Shown here one piece after another: positions 1 through 9,497 of a stretch of DNA of 32,000 bases. Numbering within the stretch: position 1 is the stretch's first letter; every line of letters begins with the position of its first letter. This DNA comes from an uncultured archaeon (lineage in GTDB: Archaea; Asgardarchaeota; Thorarchaeia; Thorarchaeales; Thorarchaeaceae). The notes beneath the pieces are model-generated. The model made no database searches. It saw only the letters and a program-made list of their open reading frames with translations, and had not been told where the DNA came from. The position numbers and the translations under genes were made by a program. The stretch is from the NCBI GenBank assembly GCA_964354495.1, contig CAYHAA010000018.1, positions 19,285-51,284 on the forward strand, read 5' to 3'.

Positions 1-92
1 GAAGAATCGCTGGTGGACTCGACTTCAAATCTGGACCGGCCCCCTGCAACTTCTTTCTGAACACCAAGGTGTCCGTTATGATTCGATGAATA

Positions 93-569
93 CTATTCGT
101 TGATATTCCTCAACCACTCTGGAGCTCTATACTTCGTGACCACCATCCATTTTCCTCGCTCCCAGTCTGGATATGGTTTGATATCCAAGACCGGTGTGCC
201 ATCATAAGCATCAAGACCCCGGACCCAGAGTACATTGTCTTCCCGCTTGATGATCTCGACCAAGGTCTGACCTATCGGATTCGGTCGAGCGGGGGATCTT
301 GTGGCGAACACACCAACGAGAGGCAGGTCTGGATTACCAAAGGCATGTTTCTTTAGAGTGGCGACATCCGTTTGCTCGACCCTATTCAACCAAAATATGA
401 TATAGATATGTGAGAACTCGTCGATTCCCGACAGGCCCTCGGAGAACTCGGCATCAAGAACCACTCTCGATATGGTTCTCCTATCCTTGACGTCTTCATC
501 AGGTTTCTCACGTTGCACAAACCCAATTGGGCTCATCTGAATCTTGTCTTCAATCGACACGGAAACCAC
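93..569 (-). CDS. trmO: tRNA (N6-threonylcarbamoyladenosine37-N6)-methyltransferase TrmO/TsaA (YaeB-like)
   Basis: Family motifs PIGFV, GLSGIDEFSHIYIIFWL, GVFATRSPARPNPIG and GLDAYDGTPVLDIKPY. Confidence 0.88.
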   Translation of the reverse strand: MVSVSIEDKIQMSPIGFVQREKPDEDVKDRRTISRVVLDAEFSEGLSGIDEFSHIYIIFWLNRVEQTDVATLKKHAFGNPDLPLVGVFATRSPARPNPIGQTLVEIIKREDNVLWVRGLDAYDGTPVLDIKPYPDWERGKWMVVTKYRAPEWLRNINE

Positions 570-888
570 GCTGCAAGTCTATTTGGAATCTGATGATTAG
601 CTAGACGGATATAAGTCAGGCGGGTCATAACATATCCATCAGCTCATGGAGTTGGATTCTTCCTCTCCCTATGTTGCCTACTCAATCATATTTCCGCCAA
701 ATGTCACTATGCTCAGGAATCTTATTTCTGTTGCTCCATAGAATTGCCTCTTACTTCTATGGTCGCCCTCTCTATGAGTTACATGAGTATGCCGTTCTCG
801 GTTACCTAGAATGGTCTGCTCCACTTTCACATAATGCTTCTTTCAAAAGCCAGACGCTATGCTTACGAAAACTGAAGAAGAACAGAAC

Positions 889-1077
889 CTAACCACGAAT
901 GCGGATGCCGTGTCGGTTCTTGTGTGTCCAGTTGTACTGACGGAGCTTTGCAGAGGCTCCGAAACCACAGTAGGCGCATTTCTTGTGTCTGACATGGTAG
1001 GATCTCCGGCCGCATCTTCTACAGCGGATCATCTTTGGATTGTTTTTCTTTCCCTTTGCTGGAGTTCCTTTTCCCAT
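889..1077 (-). CDS. rpl37e: 50S ribosomal protein eL37
   Basis: MGKGTP start, CRRCGRRSYH and CAYCGFG zinc finger, basic tail; follows the LSm gene as in the conserved archaeal lsm-rpl37e pair. Confidence 0.95.
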   Translation of the reverse strand: MGKGTPAKGKKNNPKMIRCRRCGRRSYHVRHKKCAYCGFGASAKLRQYNWTHKNRHGIRIRG

Positions 1078-1094
1078 GGGTCCCTTCTCCTACA

Positions 1095-1340
1095 CTATTT
1101 TGGCGGAGGTGAAACGAGGATTACATTGTCGCCTCGTACGATGACTGTATCTGCCTGAACGACAGTCTGCTCATTTGTTTCTGGGTCGAATGAAATCTCC
1201 TCGGCATCCTCAAGGATGAGGTTGAGGTGTTGGTCAAAGCCTCGCAGTTTTCCCTTGATCTTCTTCCTGCCTTTCAGTTCGACTAGCACTTGTGAGCCAA
1301 TCGAGGTTTGAAGTAACTCCATGGGTTTGCCTGCGTTCAT
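1095..1340 (-). CDS. lsm: Sm-like (LSm/SmAP1) RNA-binding protein
   Basis: Sm1 motif VLVELKGRKKIKGKLRGFDQHLNLILEDAEE and Sm2 motif VIVRGDNVILVSP. Start trimmed to the ATG at 1340 (MNAGKP); the ORF track extends to 1382. Confidence 0.93.
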   Translation of the reverse strand: MNAGKPMELLQTSIGSQVLVELKGRKKIKGKLRGFDQHLNLILEDAEEISFDPETNEQTVVQADTVIVRGDNVILVSPPPK

Positions 1341-1401
1341 AGATTCACCAACACAGAAGACTGTCATATGACCTAAGGCCACACGACGTTGGCGCTAGTT
1401 T

Positions 1402-1419
1402 TTGGGCACCACTTAAAAA
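1402..1419 (-). promoter_or_regulatory. Putative TATA box plus adjacent motif upstream of lsm-rpl37e
   Basis: Minus strand TTTTTAAGTGGTGCCCAA about 60-80 nt upstream of the lsm start; nearly identical to the element upstream of rpl21e. Confidence 0.45.
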
Positions 1420-1503
1420 CATGACGATGGCGACGCTCCGCAGTCTGCTTCAAACTGTGCTTTCGCAGGCTTCAAAAGGCAAGAGTGCGCCAATCTATAC
1501 AAG

Positions 1504-2007
1504 ATGCCTAAGATTGAACGCATAAAGAAACGTCATCTCCTGAAGAAGCGTGAACAGAAGCTTGAGCTCGAGAGACTAGAAAACGACCTCGGCTCATCCA
1601 TAGGCCTGGACTCAGATGTGCAGCTTGAGAGCGGTATTCTTGATGATGGCTCAAGGATTCTGCTTTTGAATGGTGACATTGTCTTCTTTGAATCAGAGGG
1701 CCGATTCTTTCCAACTCTCAATGCTCTTCTCGCTGGTATAATACACATCCCAAAGGTCACAGTCGATATGGGCGCAGTGAAGTTCGTTGTGAATGGCGCT
1801 GATATCATGAGGCCTGGAATCACGCAGGTGGATGATGATATCAAAGAGAATGGCATTGTTTCAGTTGTTGATGAGTGGCATGGCAAGCCTCTGGCTGTGG
1901 GGATCTCGAGTTTCTCCGCAGCTGATCTTCGAGCGGCCACCAGTGGGAAAGTAGTGAGGTCAGTGCATCATATCAACGATGAGCTCTGGGACTTCAGCAA
2001 GCAGTAG
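1504..2007 (+). CDS. PUA-domain RNA-binding protein (pre-PUA + PUA, MCT-1/Tma20-like)
   Basis: FFPTL pre-PUA segment, VTVDMGAVKFVVNGADIMRPGI, GKPLAVG and HHINDELW. Confidence 0.88.
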   Translation: MPKIERIKKRHLLKKREQKLELERLENDLGSSIGLDSDVQLESGILDDGSRILLLNGDIVFFESEGRFFPTLNALLAGIIHIPKVTVDMGAVKFVVNGADIMRPGITQVDDDIKENGIVSVVDEWHGKPLAVGISSFSAADLRAATSGKVVRSVHHINDELWDFSKQ

Positions 2008-2010
2008 GAC

Positions 2011-4680
2011 TCACTCGCCATCGTCCTCTCTGATGATCTTCGAGCGAATATGCATCATGGCTGCTTTGTAGACCTCTTTTGCCTGCTCGGGTTCCAGACC
2101 ACAGTTCTTGGAGAATCTATCCCTTGCTAATCCCCTCAGATTTGCGTCAATATCCTTCCTCACAACATCTGAGATTGACTTGTATCCATGTTCGTACAGG
2201 ACTCGCGCAGCGTTTCGTGACAGTCTGCTTGATGGCGAGTTGTCACTCTGGATGAGAAGGAGTTCAAGCAAGTCCGAGTTTGCCAAGTCCGGCCGAACAC
2301 CGTACTGCAACTGCCTGCCCAAGATACGGAATCGTTCAGCAATGCTTCTCTTCTTCTGAGTCAGGTAAAACCTGTTCAGACTCTCTGCCACACTGCTGCA
2401 GATACCAAGGAGCGAATCCAGGTCTCCTTCATCGAGACTGATACCCTTGACCATCTCTCCAGTTTCATTGATTATCGAGGTAATGTTCTGTTCATCTAGC
2501 CATCTAGTGAGAACTGATTTCTTGATTCTCAGCCGCGTAGGTATCAGTTTCATGTACCAGTCTTCAGGGGCTCTTAGTCCCATCATCTCAATCTCTATCT
2601 GTGACGGTGCCAGAGTTCTCGGTCTGACCGACTGCGGCAGTCGAAACCTCAACAGCAAGTCAACAAGATCGCTATCTGCGGTGTCTGCCTTGACTTCGGA
2701 GAAATCCTGTCTTCTCTGCATGTAATCAACAGGATCTATTCCTGAGAGTACTGCATCGCGAGCCTCCTTGGTCAAGACGAGGCCGCTCTTGCCGCTCTCA
2801 AGGACCCCTTCATCGGTCAGCCATTGGACTAAGGCATCAAAGAACCTGTCCATCCTCGAACTGTAGTCTTGATCAATTGTTCCTCTGAAGGATCCTCTGA
2901 CAAACTCCACGAACTTCCTCCGGATATCTTGCAGAATTGCTGGGCGTCCGTTGATGAGTGTCCTGACTAACACACTGACTGCTAGGCTCGGGTACATCAC
3001 ACCTGGCTCAAGCGCCTCAAGGGGTCTATGAAGGAGGATCTCTTCCATTGCTTCTGGAGTTGGGAACTCCTGTGTAGGCCCCTCAAAGACGAGATACACT
3101 CTTCCCCCATGTTGTCTGAGATGGTACTCACCAATTCTCCCGGCAATCTGTAGATAGCGCGACCTGGCGGAAAGGAAATACATGTTGGAGTCAAGCAAGA
3201 TGACAACACAGTCAAACGGGAAACTCATTCCTGATGTGATACCTGCTGTTGAAACGACAGTTCTCACAACTCTACTTCTGATTGCATTCTCAAGTCGCTC
3301 TCGTACACCTGCATCTAGACCTGAATGGTGAAATGCGGCTCCGTATCTCAATGTGTTTGACAGTCTGCTACTCAGAGGGAGGCTCTCCCCTGTTCCTATT
3401 ATCTGATTCACTATCTCTGGGCCTATCTCTCTTGGGTGGCTTCTTGCGAGCCTTCTGGCGATTCCTTGGGCTCTGTACCTCGACCCGACAACGAAGAGTA
3501 TCGACTTCTTCTTGTAGTCCTCTATATGCTCCAAGACTGCGTCAAGCACATCTTCCTGCTGAGATGTACTTCTCTGAGTTCCATCGCTGCTCACAATCTT
3601 GATTCCCTGACCGCTCTTGCTCACAATGAACTCGTCGGGGGTCAATCTAAAGTCAGGTCGAAATGCTGTTGCGTTGAGCCATTCTGTGGTCTTTTCGGTC
3701 TCACCGAATCTTGAGGAGAGTGTCAGGATCTGCATCTGGCCTTTTAGCAGGGTGATGATACAGTCTAGTTTCACACTTCTATCGGTACCAAGGTCTTGGG
3801 ACTGCATGTCGGGCTGTGAGGAATCAAGTTCCGTCAATTCATCGACGACAGCAAGGTGCAACTTCGCTGTCCATTTCTTCTTCTGAAGTGCTGCAGAGGC
3901 AAAGGTCTCATACATCGCAACAATAAGATTGGCCTCTTCCAGTCTGCTGTCTGTGACAGGCGATAACCCATCATGTCGGACGACAGTATATCCAAGCTCT
4001 TCTAACAGGGCTCCGTATTCATCCATGATTTGTCTGCTGAGTGACGTATAGGGACTGAGATAGAGACACCTAACACCCCTCTGCAGCCGCAAGAGAATCA
4101 CAATCATTGCGAGAAATGTCTTTCCCGAGCCAGGAGGCATCTGGATCACGAGGTTGTCATTGATGTCGCCAATCTCGCGGAGGAATTTCTCCTGCGCTGG
4201 AAGCAGGGCAACGAAGTTCTTGTGTTTCAGAAGTATACCCGCAGCTCTCTGGACCTCTGTTCCTGTTCCTATCGGCTCTCCAAGCCGCCCGACAGAGGCT
4301 AGCGCAAGCCTTCCGTCATGAGTTATCATGAACCCTCTCTGTTTTCGACCCCTGTCGCCAGAGGTCGCCACAAAACCCACTCTCACAAGTTTGTTCATGG
4401 TTTCATAGATTGTTCCGCCAGAGATTAGCCCCTGGCGTGAGAGCTCATACTCGACCTCTTCTTGGGATTTCTCGTCTCTTGGACTTGACCTAGGTTTGCT
4501 GATTCCATCGAGGGCTAAGAGGCCTTCCACAATTGAGTCCCATCCAAGTGTGGGTACCATCTCTCCAGTCTGAGGACTCAACGCCTGAAGAATCTCAATT
4601 GCATGCCTGTTACTGAGCGCCTTCAGTTGTCCTCGGAGTCGAGATAGCGGGTCATTTTCCTCCTCTATGCGCATGAACAT
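2011..4680 (-). CDS. Ski2/Hel308-like SF2 helicase paralog with N-terminal winged-helix-like region and degenerate motifs
   Basis: Q motif LLPAQ, Walker A MPPGSGKT (4117-4140), motif II VVDELT, AAFHHSGL, motif VI QIAGRIGE, C-terminal HhH-like RNAARVLYEHGYKSISDV. The N-terminal ~130 aa resemble a wHTH (YETMNKLVRVGFV...GFMITHDGR). Confidence 0.8.
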   Translation of the reverse strand: MFMRIEEENDPLSRLRGQLKALSNRHAIEILQALSPQTGEMVPTLGWDSIVEGLLALDGISKPRSSPRDEKSQEEVEYELSRQGLISGGTIYETMNKLVRVGFVATSGDRGRKQRGFMITHDGRLALASVGRLGEPIGTGTEVQRAAGILLKHKNFVALLPAQEKFLREIGDINDNLVIQMPPGSGKTFLAMIVILLRLQRGVRCLYLSPYTSLSRQIMDEYGALLEELGYTVVRHDGLSPVTDSRLEEANLIVAMYETFASAALQKKKWTAKLHLAVVDELTELDSSQPDMQSQDLGTDRSVKLDCIITLLKGQMQILTLSSRFGETEKTTEWLNATAFRPDFRLTPDEFIVSKSGQGIKIVSSDGTQRSTSQQEDVLDAVLEHIEDYKKKSILFVVGSRYRAQGIARRLARSHPREIGPEIVNQIIGTGESLPLSSRLSNTLRYGAAFHHSGLDAGVRERLENAIRSRVVRTVVSTAGITSGMSFPFDCVVILLDSNMYFLSARSRYLQIAGRIGEYHLRQHGGRVYLVFEGPTQEFPTPEAMEEILLHRPLEALEPGVMYPSLAVSVLVRTLINGRPAILQDIRRKFVEFVRGSFRGTIDQDYSSRMDRFFDALVQWLTDEGVLESGKSGLVLTKEARDAVLSGIDPVDYMQRRQDFSEVKADTADSDLVDLLLRFRLPQSVRPRTLAPSQIEIEMMGLRAPEDWYMKLIPTRLRIKKSVLTRWLDEQNITSIINETGEMVKGISLDEGDLDSLLGICSSVAESLNRFYLTQKKRSIAERFRILGRQLQYGVRPDLANSDLLELLLIQSDNSPSSRLSRNAARVLYEHGYKSISDVVRKDIDANLRGLARDRFSKNCGLEPEQAKEVYKAAMMHIRSKIIREDDGE

Positions 4681-4803
4681 CTAGCTCACTGCATCCTATG
4701 TTGTCGCAGTGATAAGGATTAGCTCCTTGTTTCAGCCCTATAATACTCGGTCTTTTCTCTATTCGACGGGACTCCTGTCTTGAAGAACTGAGGTGGCATA
4801 ACA

Positions 4804-5202
4804 GTGAGGTTTCTCTTCAGACGAAAACAAAACAATGAGGTTTCTACGGAGACGAGTACTAGGCGGACATATCCAAGCCTAGGGGTCTTTTCTCCCGTTG
4901 TTGAGACCTCCCAACCTGATCCTCGCAAGGAACTCAAGAAGCTGAGTGAACTGGAAACGATCTTTGTCAGGTCAAAGAAGCTGGAGTCACTTGCTGATGT
5001 TCCCTTCGTGGTCGATGAGATCAAGGGTGGCAATATTGTCTTGCTTGATATCTCCGGCCTGAATGACGGAAATGAGCAGACCCATCTTGAGCTGCGTCGT
5101 ATCATCGAGAGAATCAGAGGTGCCACAAGAGGCTATGAGGCTGACATCGCTCTAGTCAACGATGCGTGCATGATTGTCACACCCAACTTCGTGAAGCTAT
5201 GA
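4804..5202 (+). CDS. sepF: Cell division protein SepF (archaeal type)
   Basis: C-terminal core LESLADVPFVVDEIKGGNIVLLDIS...LRRIIERIRG...DIALVND..MIVTPNFVKL. GTG start preceded by GAGGTG. Confidence 0.82.
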   Translation: MRFLFRRKQNNEVSTETSTRRTYPSLGVFSPVVETSQPDPRKELKKLSELETIFVRSKKLESLADVPFVVDEIKGGNIVLLDISGLNDGNEQTHLELRRIIERIRGATRGYEADIALVNDACMIVTPNFVKL

Positions 5203-5208
5203 CCTTCA

Positions 5209-7122
5209 CTATCTCAGCTTTATCGTTTCGGTCACCATAGGTGCTCTTGTCTCTATGTTCAATGCTTTGTGGATAGTAGATGCCAGTCCGAGTGTCTTTG
5301 ATGCCTCACCATGAGCAACAAGAATTCGCTCAGGAGCCGGACTCACTCGTTTCACAAAGCTGAGAATCTGCTTCCTATCAGAGTGTCCGGAGAATCCCTC
5401 TACAGTGGCGACTTCTAGATTGACCTGGACAACTGTTGTCTGTCCCTCTCTGTTCTTCATATTGGCCTCTTTCCATCCCTTCTGGATACGTCTGCCCATC
5501 GTATTCTCTCCCTGATAGCTCACAAAGACTAGCAGGTTCTTCTCATCAGGGGCGAGTAGTCTGAAGTAGTCGACACTGGGACCGCCAGCGAGCATGCCTG
5601 AGGTTGCCATGATGATACATGGCTCACCCTCCACAATCTCCTCACGCTGATCAGGATTGTCGACCTGCACGAATATATCTGCTAGGAATGGATTGATACC
5701 CTGATGGAATATCATCTCACGAATCTTCTTACTGAGAGCCTCAGGATGTGTAGTATGGATTGCAGTGGCTTGCGCAATCATTCCTTCAATATATACAGGT
5801 ATCTTGGGAATGCGCCCCTTGGATACCAAGTCCTCAATGACAAGAATGATCTCCTGTGCACGACCGACTGCAAGAACGGGGATGAGGACCTTGCCACCAC
5901 GTTCTAGGGCTCTCTTCAATATCGTGGCGAACTTTCTCTCCACTTCTTGCCTAGGAGGCATCCTATCAGTAGGATGTCCGTAAGTGCTCTCTATAATGAG
6001 TGTTTCAAGTCTTGGGAATGTGAAGGTAGCTGGTTCAAGTAGTCTGGTCCTTCCAAACTTGAAGTCCCCAGTGTATGCCATATTGTACTGTCCATCTCCG
6101 ATATGGAAGTGGACAATTGCTGAGCCAAGTATGTGGCCTGCATTGTGCATGGTGAGTCGTACATCGGGGGCGATATCGGTCACTTCTCCATAGTTGAGGG
6201 AGATTGTGTGAAGGATTGTCTCTTTCACATCACGGTCGCGGTATGGCCTGAGCTTGCCCTCTCGCTCTGCGACATCAATGTAGTCCAGCTGCAGCAGAGT
6301 GGCTAGATTCAGAGTTGGTGCAGTCATGTAGACTGGTCCACGGTACCCATACTTGAAGAGGAATGGGACCATCCCTGAGTGGTCCAGATGCGCATGTGTG
6401 ATCACTACCGCATCCAGACTTTCGACATTGAACTCGGGCATATCGAGCCTTGGAAATGCCTTGCTGGGCGCTCCCACGTTCACGCCACAGTCAATGAGGA
6501 TATTGCTCTCAGAGGTCTGCAGGAACATACATGACCTTCCGACCTCTCTGAAACCTCCCAGGGCTGCAAGTCTAATCCAGCCATTATTGAAGAGCATAGG
6601 CCTGTGTATTCGCCGGCCAATCTCACGGAATGACTTGTTTCTTGTTGCTGCCTCTGATTGAATGATGTAGCGAACCTGTTTTATCAGCTTGCTCTCAATG
6701 GGAGGAGTTCGCATGACATTTGGCCGCCAGAATGTCTGACGAGTGATCTCTCTGAGCGTGGTCCCACTTCGTCCAATTACAAGGCCTGGTTTCTGTGCTT
6801 CAATGATTACCTCACCTCGAGAGATGTCGAAGTCTATCGTGGTTATCTCAGCCTCTGCTGGTACCAACTCACGAACTGCCTTCTCAGTTTCTTCGTGTGT
6901 CAACCTGACATCAGGAGCAGATCTGACAACAATGCGTTTTCGCATCTTGCGAGCAAGTGCCTTTATGCTATCGCCATCATCCAGCAGTATCTTGGGAGCC
7001 TTGGAGTATATGGCTATCTCAGGTCCCTCATATTCGACTGAGGTGACTGCGGCTGAACGAGGAAGTGCCTTCTTGATTTCCTCTCTGATATCTACATATG
7101 CGTGTTCATCATTGGACTGCAT
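5209..7122 (-). CDS. cpsf1: KH-domain beta-CASP ribonuclease aCPSF1 (transcription termination factor FttA)
   Basis: Two N-terminal KH domains (VEYEGPEI; KPGLVIGRSG), MBL motifs DCG, THAHLDH, AGHILGS, TGD and beta-CASP motifs ESTYG, SGHSD, HGE; adjacent to psmB as is usual in archaea. Confidence 0.95.
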   Translation of the reverse strand: MQSNDEHAYVDIREEIKKALPRSAAVTSVEYEGPEIAIYSKAPKILLDDGDSIKALARKMRKRIVVRSAPDVRLTHEETEKAVRELVPAEAEITTIDFDISRGEVIIEAQKPGLVIGRSGTTLREITRQTFWRPNVMRTPPIESKLIKQVRYIIQSEAATRNKSFREIGRRIHRPMLFNNGWIRLAALGGFREVGRSCMFLQTSESNILIDCGVNVGAPSKAFPRLDMPEFNVESLDAVVITHAHLDHSGMVPFLFKYGYRGPVYMTAPTLNLATLLQLDYIDVAEREGKLRPYRDRDVKETILHTISLNYGEVTDIAPDVRLTMHNAGHILGSAIVHFHIGDGQYNMAYTGDFKFGRTRLLEPATFTFPRLETLIIESTYGHPTDRMPPRQEVERKFATILKRALERGGKVLIPVLAVGRAQEIILVIEDLVSKGRIPKIPVYIEGMIAQATAIHTTHPEALSKKIREMIFHQGINPFLADIFVQVDNPDQREEIVEGEPCIIMATSGMLAGGPSVDYFRLLAPDEKNLLVFVSYQGENTMGRRIQKGWKEANMKNREGQTTVVQVNLEVATVEGFSGHSDRKQILSFVKRVSPAPERILVAHGEASKTLGLASTIHKALNIETRAPMVTETIKLR

Positions 7123-7243
7123 GGATAATCACATCACAATTTTAGGCCTATTTATGCCCCATATTGCCTGATATTGCACCCAACTCTTCGTCGGGTGAGA
7201 TGTAGCGCAAACTAGTGAACTACAATTGCAACAAGTACTGTCA

Positions 7244-7897
7244 CTATGGTCCTTTCCAGATCTTCATGATGGCGTCTTTTGGAATCTCTTGATAGCCGTC
7301 CTTGTCAATCACGCTGACCAGAATTGAGTTGCCCGTAGCGGCGTCTCGTTCAATGGCAGCTGCAATGGCACGAATAGCCAGCTCAATCGCCTTTTTCTTT
7401 GGAAGATCGTCTTTGTACTCGACCTCCAGAACACCAAGTGCTACTGGTGAACCAGAGCCATTTGACACGAACTTGTCAGGAATCACTGATCCCACAAAGT
7501 CCGTGTAGTACACTTGTGGTCCTTCATCATCGAAGCCTCCAACAAGACTTCCCAGCATGTACGCCCCACGAGCTTGAAACATGATGTTACTGAGCAGACG
7601 TGTCAATGCTTTGACACGAATTGGCCGTCCCCTCTGAATCTCAAAGAGTTTGGCCTCTGCAGCTAATAGTTCCATGATTGATTGGGCATCTGCGACAGAT
7701 CCTGCAATGGTTGCACCAATACGATTCGTGATCTTGTAGATCTTCTTCGCTGTCTTGGACGCAATTAGAAAACCCATTGTGGCTCTCTGATCACTTGCCA
7801 AGACTACGCAGTCCTTAGCAATCATGCCTATTGTTGTAGTGCCCGTACTTAACTCAGCCGGGGGATGTACGTCAGGTTCCATGGTAACAAACTCCAT
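7244..7897 (-). CDS. psmB: Proteasome beta subunit
   Basis: Propeptide ending STG followed by TTTIG (Thr1 nucleophile), ASDQRAT, KKIYKI, AGSVADAQ, GSGS and ERDAATG. Confidence 0.96.
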   Translation of the reverse strand: MEFVTMEPDVHPPAELSTGTTTIGMIAKDCVVLASDQRATMGFLIASKTAKKIYKITNRIGATIAGSVADAQSIMELLAAEAKLFEIQRGRPIRVKALTRLLSNIMFQARGAYMLGSLVGGFDDEGPQVYYTDFVGSVIPDKFVSNGSGSPVALGVLEVEYKDDLPKKKAIELAIRAIAAAIERDAATGNSILVSVIDKDGYQEIPKDAIMKIWKGP

Positions 7898-8009
7898 CTA
7901 GAAGAAGAGTCATAGAGAACAAGTGACAAGCACCCGTTCTTTGGTGCATTATTAAGGTTTTCTCAGTGAACATTCCTGTCATCGACGGACGAAAAGGTCA
8001 ACCTGCTAC

Positions 8010-8840
8010 TCAGGTCTGGTTCTCTGCCTTCCGTTCTGGACGCTTGAATGTTGTGACAATCTTTACTTCGTCAATGTCTTCGTCGGCCTTTAGAATATCT
8101 GCCGCTATACCTATCTCTCCGTACTGGATGTTCTCAATATATCGAGTTTCCTGTGGAAGTTCAACGGTTACAACCTTCTTGCTGTGGGTGATACTGTATC
8201 TGTCCTCAGGTATTCCAGGGATTCTTCGCCTTAGGACTGCCTGAAGCTTCTTGATATTCTCGGATACAATCTCTCGGATAGTGACATCGTAGACAAGGGT
8301 CTTTCCAGCGAATGAGCTGTTGAAATCGACTCTGACCCGACGACCAAGGTCCGCGGTGACAAAGCCCCGTTCTTTGCCAAACTTAATCTCTTCGCCCTTG
8401 TAGCCTTTTGCACCCTGCTTTGCAAGCTTCACCTTTGCAATCAGTTTGATCTTGTTGGGATCTCTGGGCCCTGCACCTTTTTCTGGAGGGATCTCAATAG
8501 TCTTCGATTCGCCGACCTTCATACCAATGAGCTGTTCTTCAACTGCCGAGAGGAGCCAGTTCCAACCAACTACAACAAGTGCTGGTTCGTAACGGTCATT
8601 CTCTCTGAACAGGCCCTCTTTCTTTGCAACCTCGAGAAGCGTTGTATCGTATACAATACCATTATCCTTTGTCTTCGCAACGAAATCAAGATAGACCATG
8701 CTCTTGTCGCTTACGAGGGTCTCAACCTTAGCTGAGTCCTCTTCTTGAGCCTTGGTCGTCTTCTTTGTCGTCTTCTTAACGGCTGGTTTTTCCGCTGCCG
8801 CTTTCTCGGCGGCCTCTTGGGTTGCTTCTTTCTCAGTCAT
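8010..8840 (-). CDS. slyD: Long-type archaeal FKBP/SlyD-like PPIase/chaperone with divergent active site
   Basis: VYDTT, LIGMKVGESKTIEIPPEK, IF-domain insert, RVRVDFN..AGKTLVYDV, plus the archaeal C-terminal extension. Confidence 0.82.
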   Translation of the reverse strand: MTEKEATQEAAEKAAAEKPAVKKTTKKTTKAQEEDSAKVETLVSDKSMVYLDFVAKTKDNGIVYDTTLLEVAKKEGLFRENDRYEPALVVVGWNWLLSAVEEQLIGMKVGESKTIEIPPEKGAGPRDPNKIKLIAKVKLAKQGAKGYKGEEIKFGKERGFVTADLGRRVRVDFNSSFAGKTLVYDVTIREIVSENIKKLQAVLRRRIPGIPEDRYSITHSKKVVTVELPQETRYIENIQYGEIGIAADILKADEDIDEVKIVTTFKRPERKAENQT

Positions 8841-8891
8841 GGCCAGTTCCCTCTCAAGTTTCCGGACTATCTAAGGTCCTCCACTGGAGTG

Positions 8892-9497
8892 TTATAAAAC
8901 GGTTTCCTTTTGTCCTCGGAAGATGCCTCTGAGTACTTGTATCTTCTCGAAGAACAAGGATTTCTCTGCGATACGCTCGACCTGAAATCCATTGTTTCTG
9001 AATGCCTTCATCACAGCGCTCGTGTCTGCAAGGGTCGAAACAACGACAAAGAGTTCTCCTCCCTCGATGAGGTGTCGAGAGGCCTGACCGATGAACTTCT
9101 GTGTGAGTTCACTGCCGAGTTTTCCTCCGATGAGTGCATGGTCCATCATGGTGGAATTGCCATCTGCAGGCAGATAGGGTGGATTGAAGAGAATAATCGA
9201 GAATCTACTTCTGATGGAAATAGCAGAGAGAAGGTCTGATTGAACAACCCCTGCAGTACGCTCCATGTTGTTTCTCTTGAGGTTTGCAGCTGTATTCTTT
9301 GCTGCATCAAGCGATATGTCAATCCCCACAACACTGCTTGCCTTGGATGCAGCAATGACGGTTCCTAGTCCTGCGCCACACCCGACATCTAACACGCTGT
9401 CTTCAGGCTTGAAATCAATCGCGTCAAGGAGGAGGTAAGTGTCGTCTGATGGAGGGTACACACCATCAGAGACATCGATTTCAGGATGCTCTCTCAC
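8892..9497 (-). CDS. hemK: HemK2/PrmC-family N5-glutamine methyltransferase (probably acting on release factor aRF1)
   Basis: VYPPSDDTYLL, SAM motif VLDVGCGAG, DIS and FNPPYLP. Confidence 0.88.
   Translation of the reverse strand: MREHPEIDVSDGVYPPSDDTYLLLDAIDFKPEDSVLDVGCGAGLGTVIAASKASSVVGIDISLDAAKNTAANLKRNNMERTAGVVQSDLLSAISIRSRFSIILFNPPYLPADGNSTMMDHALIGGKLGSELTQKFIGQASRHLIEGGELFVVVSTLADTSAVMKAFRNNGFQVERIAEKSLFFEKIQVLRGIFRGQKETVL

Noticed and set aside
18-45. CT-TCA-AA heptamer with partial stem and nearby CCGGCCC, suggesting tRNA-Sec or a tRNA 3' end
   Set aside because: The stem has mismatches, no long variable arm or proper T arm follows, and it lies at the window edge, so it cannot be supported.
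671-892. 73-aa ORF in the trmO-rpl37e gap
   Set aside because: No recognisable motif, no clear SD, and it overlaps the rpl37e end; it may be noise or a decayed gene.
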